A DNA stretch of 64,000 nt from Octopus vulgaris. Lineage: Eukaryota. The position numbers were made by a program, and so were the translations under genes. Of the stretch, positions 56,518-64,000 are shown in pieces. Under the pieces are notes generated by a model. That model had not been told where the DNA came from and searched no databases. It saw nothing but the letters and a program-made list of their open reading frames with translations. Each line of letters opens with the position of its first letter. Position 1 is the first letter of the stretch. The stretch covers positions 31,682,001-31,746,000 of the forward strand of contig OX597827.1 of the NCBI GenBank assembly GCA_951406725.2, read 5' to 3'.

Positions 56518-56938
56518 ATAAGAACACAAAAGGCGTGTAAAATTTACAGCAGCTGTTTCAGTCGAATGTATCCATTGATCACATCATAGGACATAATGCA
56601 TTATCTTCAGGTAAAATTTTAATCATATATAAACAGGTGACAGAGTATTCTGATGATGTTTTGGATAAGTGGTATTTTAAATAAGAACATTCAGATTTAT
56701 AGAAAAATTAGAAGGCGTGGCTATAAAGAGTATGTAAGAAGCAGAGAGATCAAACGATTCTATTACTTCAAAACATTTATCTTAATTAGTTTATAGCCAA
56801 TACTGGCTTCTGAAAACATACAAGAAACCAAACATGCTGTAGCCAAGAGATGTCCTTAAGCCAGGAAGATATGTTGTCAGTTAAGTGAGATAAAAGAAAG
56901 CAAACCTCAGGGCAGCAAAAAGCCATAAATCTGTCATT
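56518..56938 (-). mobile_element. Old non-coding element with degenerate hammerhead (56539-56620); inverted homolog at 60602-61047
   Basis: Minus strand: tttac CTGAAGA ..long.. GAAAC agct GCT gtaaa; shares blocks gacatctcttggctacagcatg and ttgctttcttttatctcacttaactg with 60602-61047. Confidence 0.7.
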
Positions 56939-57276
56939 ACTTTCTTACACATGTATACACCCACACACTCACATGTACATTCACATATATACATACGCAC
57001 AAACATATGTACACACACTCACATAAATACATACATAGCCATACTCTCTTTTACTCTTTTACCCTTTTGTTTTAGTCATTTGACTGCAACCGTGCTGGAG
57101 CACCACCTTTAGTCGAACTAATCGACACCCAGAACTTATTCTTTGTAAGCCTAGTACTTATTTTATCGGAATCTTTTGCTGAACCACTAAGTTACAGGGA
57201 TGTAAATACACCAACATCAGTTGTCAAGCCACTGTGGGGGAACAAACACAGACACACAAACATATACATACATATA

Positions 57277-58520
57277 TTGGGTTGTCAGGAAAGTTCATGC
57301 CGATTTATAGCAGCTTACCTTCTGACTTATTTTAGAACATGGTTGAGTCCATAAAATAGGATTTGACTACACCTCCATTTAGAGCACAGTTTAAGCTATC
57401 TTTTCATGAAAGAAGGTTTATGTTCCTATAACTTGTGTTAATTTTGTAACCCTTTAAAATGGAAGATAAGAAAGTTCATTTCGGCACTTGATGCTTTTCT
57501 TTTTCCGTAAAGGGAAATATGCCTCACAAGCAACCAAAGAAATATGCGCAGTTTACAGTGATATTTCTTTATCTGAAAGAACAGTACAGAAATGGTTCGC
57601 AAGGTTCCAAGCTGGAGATTGTAGTCTTATTGATAAAAAGCGATCAGGCAGATCATCCACTACAGATGATGATCAAATCAAGTCATTAATTGAGAATAAC
57701 CCAAATTGCATGACCTGTGAATTGGCAGAAAGCCTCAACCTATCAAAATCTGTCATTCATGAGCACCTGATAAAGCTTGGGTACACAAATTGCTACGATG
57801 TTTGGCTACCACATGAGTTCAGTGATTCACTTTATAAAATGAATGAAAACGCGCCTTTTTTAAAGTAAATTGTGACAGGTGATGAGAAATGGATTATCTA
57901 CCGAAATGTTCAGAGAAAGCGATCCTGGAGTAAGCAACATGAGCCACCCTTAACCATCCCAAAAGCGGGACTTCACCCTAAAAAAGTCTTGCTTTGTGTC
58001 TGGTGGGAATGGAAAGGAATTCTGTACTATGAGCTTCTCTCAAGTAACCAGACAATTAATTACAAGAAATACTGCACACAACTGGATGAGTTAAAAGCAG
58101 CAATTCAAGAGAAACATCCAGAATTGGCCAACAGGAAGGATGTTGTTTTCCAACATGATAATGCAAGACTGCATTGGGAACCAGACAAAAATTGCTGCAG
58201 CTCGGCTGGGATATGTTACCCCACCCTTCATATTCACCAGATATTGCCCCTTCAGATTTCCACTTATTCAGGTCTCTGCAGAATAGTCTTAATGGTAAAA
58301 ATTCAATTCCTTGGATGACATAAAAAGATACCTTTTGATGAATTCTTTGCCATGAAACCACCTCAATTCTGGGAAGAGGGTATTTTCAAGTTAAAGGAAA
58401 GATGGAGACGTATTGTGCAACAAAATGGTTCATATTTGGTTGATTAAAATTATAATGGCAAGTATTTATTGACCTTTTTCTTTCCTTTAAAAATTGGCAC
58501 AATCTTTCCGGACAACCTAA
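57277..58520 (+). mobile_element. Near full-length mariner (DD34D, mellifera-like); transposase pseudogene 57459-58447
   Basis: TA TSDs; TIR ttgggttgtcaggaaag / ctttccggacaacctaa; translation MEDKKVHF/RHLMLFFFRKGKYASQA..WLPHE..VTGDEKWI..HDNAR..YSPDIAPSDFHLF with frameshifts, a stop and deletions. Confidence 0.93.
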
Positions 58521-58589
58521 TATATATGTATGTATGTATGTATGTATATCCAGCCACCATGATTGATTGCCAGCTGCAAAAGCTTTTTT

Positions 58590-58748
58590 TATTCTCTCCC
58601 TGTTTATTTCCTTGTGTTCCTTTCTGTTGAAGAGCGTAGGCTCAAAACCTAAAAGACTTTCTCACCTTCCTGAGTGTTAAACTAATACACCTGCTTGTTG
58701 TTTATACACCTACCTTTGTCTTTTGTTTTTCTGTAAATTTCAACTATA
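58590..58748 (+). mobile_element. Third member of the variant-hammerhead family (motif 58620-58655)
   Basis: cttt CTGTTGA a GAGC gtag GCTC AAAAC CTA aaag, followed by the ctaataca.ctg.ttgttg..tacacacc body as in 50843-51032. Confidence 0.65.
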
Positions 58749-58969
58749 TATAAATAAATAAATATAAATATATATATATATATATATATATTTGTGTTTG
58801 TGTGTGTACGACAGGCTTCTTTCAGTTTCCATCTACCAAATCCACTCACAAGGCTTTAGTCAGCCTGAAACTAAAACAGAAGACACTTGCCCAAGGTGTC
58901 ACATAGCGGGACTGAACCCAGAACCATGTGTTTGATAAGCAATCTATTTACCACACAGCCACCACTGTG

Positions 58970-60191
58970 CAAGAAAGTTCTTGCAGAATTTTTTATTTTG
59001 GCTTTAAATGATGTATTTTTAAATTAATTTTCATTAAATTACTTTGACTTTATATATCATTTTAAAGCCTGTATTTTGCCCTATCTAATCGTGTTACTCT
59101 TTTTCTTTTTGAATAATTAAGCCATTTTTTCTGGAACGTTGAATACAACATGGACAAAAAGCAAATTCGCACAATTTTCTTATTCCATTTCAAGCTAGGC
59201 TGAAAAGCTACTGAAACAGCTCGTGATATCAACAATGCATTTGGCCCAAGAACCACTAATGAACGTACAGCACAAAGGTGGTTTAAGAAATTTTGTAGCT
59301 GTGACAAGAGTCTTGAAGATGAAAAGCATAGTGGTCGGCCATCGGATGTTGATAACGATCAACTAAGAGCCTTAGTTGAAGCCAATCCATGCACAACTGT
59401 TCGAGAGCTTGCTTCTGAAGTAGACGTAACATGTATGACAATTTCCAACCACTTGAAAGAGATTGGAAAAACAAAAATACTTGAGAAATGGGTGCCACAC
59501 AAATTGAACGACAACCAATTTGAAGTGTCATTTTCCCTTCTTTTACACAACAAGAACGACCCGTTTCTCAACTGGATTGTGACTTGTGATGAAAAGTGGA
59601 TTATTCATGACAACTGGTGACACTCAGCTCAGTGGTTGGACTCAGCTCAGTGGAAGGCCATGGTGACTGTTTCGTGGTCTGCGGCCAGTCTCATCCATCA
59701 CAACTTTTTGGATCTAGATGAAAACATTATGGCAGAGAAGTACTGTCAGCAAATGGATGAAATGCATAAGAAACTCCGACAACAACAGCCAACATTGGTC
59801 AATAGAAAAGGACCAATTCTTCTCCACGACAACACTCGGCCACATGTCGCACAACTGACCCTGCAGAAGTTAAACAAATTAGGCTACGAAACTCATCTGC
59901 CATACTCACCAGACCTCTCGCCTACCGACTAACACTTTTTCAAGCATCTCGACAACTTCCTGCATGAGAAATGCTTCAAAACTGAAGACGATGCCAAACA
60001 CACCTTCAATGACTTCATCGCCACCAGAAAGCAGAATTTTTATGCTACTGCATAAATAAACTTGTTTTGCGTTGGCAAAAGTGTGTTGATTCTGATGGTG
60101 TTTATTTCGATTAATAAAGTTTTGTTTGAGCCGAGATATGTGCAACTGAATTTAAAGGTTAAAAACCGCAAGAACTTCCTTGACAACCAAA
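58970..60191 (+). mobile_element. Mariner (DD34D, Hsmar1/cecropia-like); transposase pseudogene 59150-60114
   Basis: MDKKQIRTIFLFHFKLG*KATETARDINNAFG..SGRPSDVDNDQLRA..WVPHKL..VTCDEKWI..LLHDNTRPH..YSPDLSPTD; right TIR ccgcaagaacttccttgacaaccaaa|TA; left TIR truncated. Confidence 0.93.
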
Positions 60192-60601
60192 TACATATAT
60201 ACAAGAAACATATTTTCCTATTTTTAACCACTTACCTAAAAGACTTCAAATAATACTTCTTGGCTGCTCTTTATCCATACTCAGTCATTTAGTTACGTTA
60301 CTCATCTCATTTAAATATTATTCAAGTCTTTAAATAGTATGTCATTGGCCTCTTGGTTGTGCATTCTCATTTCATTTATATTCACTAAATAGTGAAATAT
60401 TTCATAATCTGTTGTATGACCTCCTAACTCTCTGTTATTTGTCCACACTTTCTTATGTATCTTTTTTTTATATTATAATATTTGATATAAGTATATAAAT
60501 GTAGGCTTCTGTGTGTGCGTGCACATGTGTATGTGTGTCTGTGTCTGTATATATATATATATGTGTGTGTCTGCCTGTGTGTATGTACATGTGTAAAAAA
60601 A

Positions 60602-61047
60602 TGAAGACAGTTTTATGACTTTCTGCTGCCCTGAGATTTGCTTTCTTTTATCTCACTTAACTGCAAGATATATCTTCTTGTCTTTAGTAACCTCAGGACA
60701 TCTCTTGGCTACAGCATGTCTGTGTTTTTTGGAGTTCTTAGAGCCAATATTATCTATGAACTAATTAAGATAAATGTTTTCAAATAATAGTCTCTTTGCC
60801 TCTCTCATATCCATTACTGCCACACCTTCAAATTTTTCTATAAATTCATGTTATTTTTAAATACCACCTATACAAAACTGTTGGTTGGATTCATCATCAT
60901 CAAGGTATTCTCTCACCTGTATACACCTGTTTAAAATTCTACCTGAATGTGATGGATTATGTCCTATGATGTAATCTATGAATATATGAATAAAATTCTA
61001 CCGAAGCAGCTGTTCTAAATTTTAAACCCCATTTGTGCTCTTCAATA
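60602..61047 (+). mobile_element. Diverged homolog of 56518-56938 with degenerate hammerhead (60933-61023)
   Basis: ttctac CTGAATG..cc GAAGC agct GTT ctaaatttt; shared attatgtcctatgatgt in stem II. Confidence 0.65.
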
Positions 61048-61072
61048 TATACTTACACTTATATATATATAC

Positions 61073-62545
61073 AAAGTGAGATAGGGGTTATGAGTGTAAC
61101 CCACTATGGGATATCATTTATCCAATATACTGCCAGTAAAGTACCCAGAAAGGCTAATACATAAATGCTAAGAATTGCAATGCAATTAATTAATTTATTG
61201 TATTATATGGGCGAAGGTAAAATGTTTTACCTCAAATTCATAATACAAAATAAGAAAATGGAGGAATAGATTTCTTCCAATCATCAACTACTAGATAATA
61301 CCAATTCATATAATTTATTAACTAATTATTTAGGAACATCCAGATCAAACAGAATAAAACAGTACACATCAATAAGTAAAATAATACCATAAGAACAATA
61401 CATATAAAATGGATCTTACAGCTGTTTCAGCCTGTAGATAAGAGTATCTCATTATGCTCATATTAGTCAGATGTATTGAGGTAATATGCAGTTAAAAATG
61501 AGTTACTTATAAATATATCTCAAGGCCTCGTCAGAGATTATAAAGTACAATTATAAAGGTATAAAATGAAGATATAAAGTGCAAATATGAATATTAAAGA
61601 AAGTACACATATACAAGAATAAGCATATATACATATATACATATACATATAAGTGTATATACACCTACATATACATATATACAAGTATATACATAATAAT
61701 ATACATACACATAAGGTTACAGTTAATCTACCAGCCTGTTACAAACTATCACTCACCTTTTGACCTGCAAACTGTATGTATATACATGCACAGATGTTTA
61801 TTTTGTATGATGTAAAAAAATAATTTTCCTTTATATATGTATATGTATTAATGGATGCTGTTGTGCATGTATATATATGCATGTGCATGTTAGTTGGTAC
61901 CTGTGTGTATATATATGTATGTAGATTTATACTAAATTGTCGTTCTTAGCTGTATAATATATAATTATAATGACATAGTATATTGTGACATTATATATTG
62001 TTTTGCATTATTCTATTATATTGAATATACTATATTGAATTAAGTAATTTACTGGCGTGCTACACTGTATTGTATTATATTATGCTGTATTTTATGTGGT
62101 ATTTTCCATCTACTATGTATTGTGAATAGCAGAATGCACATATTCTTTTATTGGTATTATTATTAATAATAATATATATTAATAGTTTTTTGTAATGTAA
62201 TACAATGAACTCTGGACTTTGTATATGTACACTTTGGATGTGGATATATATTTATGTATATTCTAGTATATAGATTTGATTGACTGTAACCTTATGTGTA
62301 TGTATATTATTATGTATATACTTATATATATGTATATGTAGGTAATACTCTTATCTACAGGCTGAAACAGCTGTAAGATCCATTTTATATGTATTGTTCT
62401 TATGGTATTATTTTACTTATTGATGTGTACTGTTTTATTCTGTTTGATCTGGATGTTCCTAAATAATTAGTTAATAAATTATATGAATTGGTATTATCTA
62501 GTAGTTGATGATTGGAAGAAATCTATTCCTCCATTTTCTTATTTT
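61073..62545 (-). mobile_element. AT-rich Penelope-like element with inverted partial pseudo-LTR
   Basis: About 61247-61447 is the reverse complement of about 62345-62545; about 61663-61730 mirrors about 62278-62343; complete hammerhead in the left part; TA-repeat flanks. Confidence 0.8.
61413..61538 (-). ncRNA. Type I hammerhead ribozyme motif with very long stem II
   Basis: atct CTGACGA GGC ct..(about 95 nt)..ag GCT GAAAC agct GTA agat; stem I atct/agat, palindromic ACAGCTGT, GUA triplet. Confidence 0.8.
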
Positions 62546-62605
62546 ACACACATATATATATATATATATATAAATTGATCAAAATAAAACATATGCGAAG
62601 GATTC

Positions 62606-62647
<42 letters not shown>

Positions 62648-62922
62648 CAGCAGCATATTGAAGCGTATGTATATAGAAAAATATAAAAATGTGAGCATAA
62701 AGATATAAAGAGATATAAAGGGGTATAAAGAATATAAAGAATATAAAGAATATATATATATATATATATATATACATTACATATATATGTATATACATTA
62801 AATATATATATATATATATATATAGGAAAAAAATCTATATACCATATAGATTTCTGGTGCATCCAAGTTAAGTACCATATTCATGTGAATTCAACAGAAC
62901 TCACTTGAATCTTAATTGCTTG

Positions 62923-62969
<47 letters not shown>

Positions 62970-62986
62970 TATACATATATATATAT

Positions 62987-63451
62987 ATATATTTAGTGAG
63001 GGAAGAAATGGAGCTGAACGAAGATTTTACAAAATTCCTTTTTATTATTTTCTACATATGTTTCAAAGGCTGCAAAGTCCCTAATTCGGATTGAATAAGG
63101 AGACCATTTTGCAGCTTTCTCTTCAGGAAAAACCAGGAACTTAAATCTCCAACAAAATGCGCAGCAAGCTTTTTCGACAAACGCTCTCTAGGAGCCCATG
63201 GTATGAATGACTTTGCAGCCTTTGAAACATATGTAGAAAATAATAAAAAGGAATTTTGTAAAATCTTCGTTCAGCTCCATTTCTTCCCTCACTAAATATA
63301 TAAAACTTCAAATTTCCGCACTAAGGCACGGTTTTGAGAGCCCATGGTCGTAACCTCAACCGTGATTTTTCTGTTGGGATTTTTGCTACCCAGGTATCGG
63401 TTATAATTTGAATAATCCGTAACAAGATAATTCATTTATCCATTTCAATAA

Positions 63452-63452
<1 letters not shown>
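62987..63452 (+). mobile_element. Fold-back Penelope-like/retrozyme-like element, copy 2 (loop inverted relative to copy 1)
   Basis: Same left end and same unique 3' tail as 24957-25460; the loop is reverse-complemented, so the complete hammerhead (63047-63131) is on the minus strand; right arm starts at about 63209. Confidence 0.9.
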
Positions 63453-63481
<29 letters not shown>

Positions 63482-63482
<1 letters not shown>

Positions 63483-63945
63483 GTTAAACCAAACATGAAA
63501 ACACAAAGAGAAAACACAACACAAGGACGTGGAACAAGTACAGTATTATTGGACGCTCAGGAAAGAAGGAAAGGAGGGTTTAACGTTTTGAGCGGAGCTC
63601 TTCATCAGAAACATAGGAAAAGGAAAGATCCAAAGAAGGGAAGACGGAGGAAAAAAAAATCGCCAACGGTACACATGCGGTCACATTTTGAATGCAAATT
63701 TTTTTCTAAAAAATCGCAGTGGCGCATGAGAGGCGTGAAGCAGAGTCCCCTACTGAGGAGAGAGCGCTCGGCAGCGGAAAGGGGGTGGGTGGGGGTTATA
63801 GTGACAACAGTGCGAGGGAACAAGGTGGTGGGATGAGTGGGATTAGGAAGAGGGGGTGCAGAGGTGTGGGGAGGAGGGTTGGAATTGTTGGGTGATGTTG
63901 GGTAGGGGTGGGAAAGTCAGGGTGGGGTGTGTGGGTCTGCAGAGG
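63482..63945 (-). mobile_element. Internally deleted Penelope-like element: ORF N-terminal motif fused to pseudo-LTR with minimal hammerhead (63578-63612)
   Basis: Minus frame VVTITPTHPLSAAERSLLSRGLCFTP fits the PLE ORF N-terminal pattern VVxxS..LSxxExxxLxxGLxFxP as I recall it; downstream gttt CTGATGA a GAGC tcc GCTC AAAAC GTT aaac; (TA)n flanks. Confidence 0.75.
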
Positions 63946-63946
63946 G

Positions 63947-63979
<33 letters not shown>

Positions 63980-64000
63980 TACATATATATACATATACAT

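Larger units (their letters stand above)
57045..58968 (-). mobile_element. SINE family B split by nested insertions (3' half 57045-57275, 5' half about 58790-58968)
   Basis: The two halves join at the internal TA/TG microsatellite, which holds a mariner and a hammerhead-bearing element. Confidence 0.8.

Noticed and set aside
59150-60114. SETMAR host gene
   Set aside because: No SET domain; TIR, stops and deletions show a dead Hsmar1-like transposon.

Overview
Repeat-saturated, AT-rich eukaryotic (animal) DNA with no intact protein-coding gene; almost all ORFs in the track are translations of microsatellites or SINEs. The tRNA-derived SINE families resemble those I recall from octopods, so the source is probably an Octopus intronic/intergenic region (inference, not verified). 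Supported content: several SINE families, two decayed DD34D mariners (mellifera-like, Hsmar1/cecropia-like), two DD41D elements, MITEs with TA or 8-bp TSDs (two carry TTAGGG repeats), two non-autonomous Helitrons, and two 3' fragments of an L1/Tx1-type LINE embedded in tetranucleotide repeats. The most notable signal is about 12 type-I hammerhead-ribozyme motifs from about 8 unrelated short non-coding element families, nearly all abutting (TA)n tracts. One is fused to a Penelope-like ORF N-terminal motif, and one family occurs as two fold-back isomers whose loop is inverted between copies (24957-25460 vs 62987-63452). CpG appears retained at about 12-49 kb and depleted on both flanks, and a candidate tiny first coding exon (MATLE) lies at 45539-45553 on the minus strand. 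All calls were made by eye; boundaries of old repeats are approximate.
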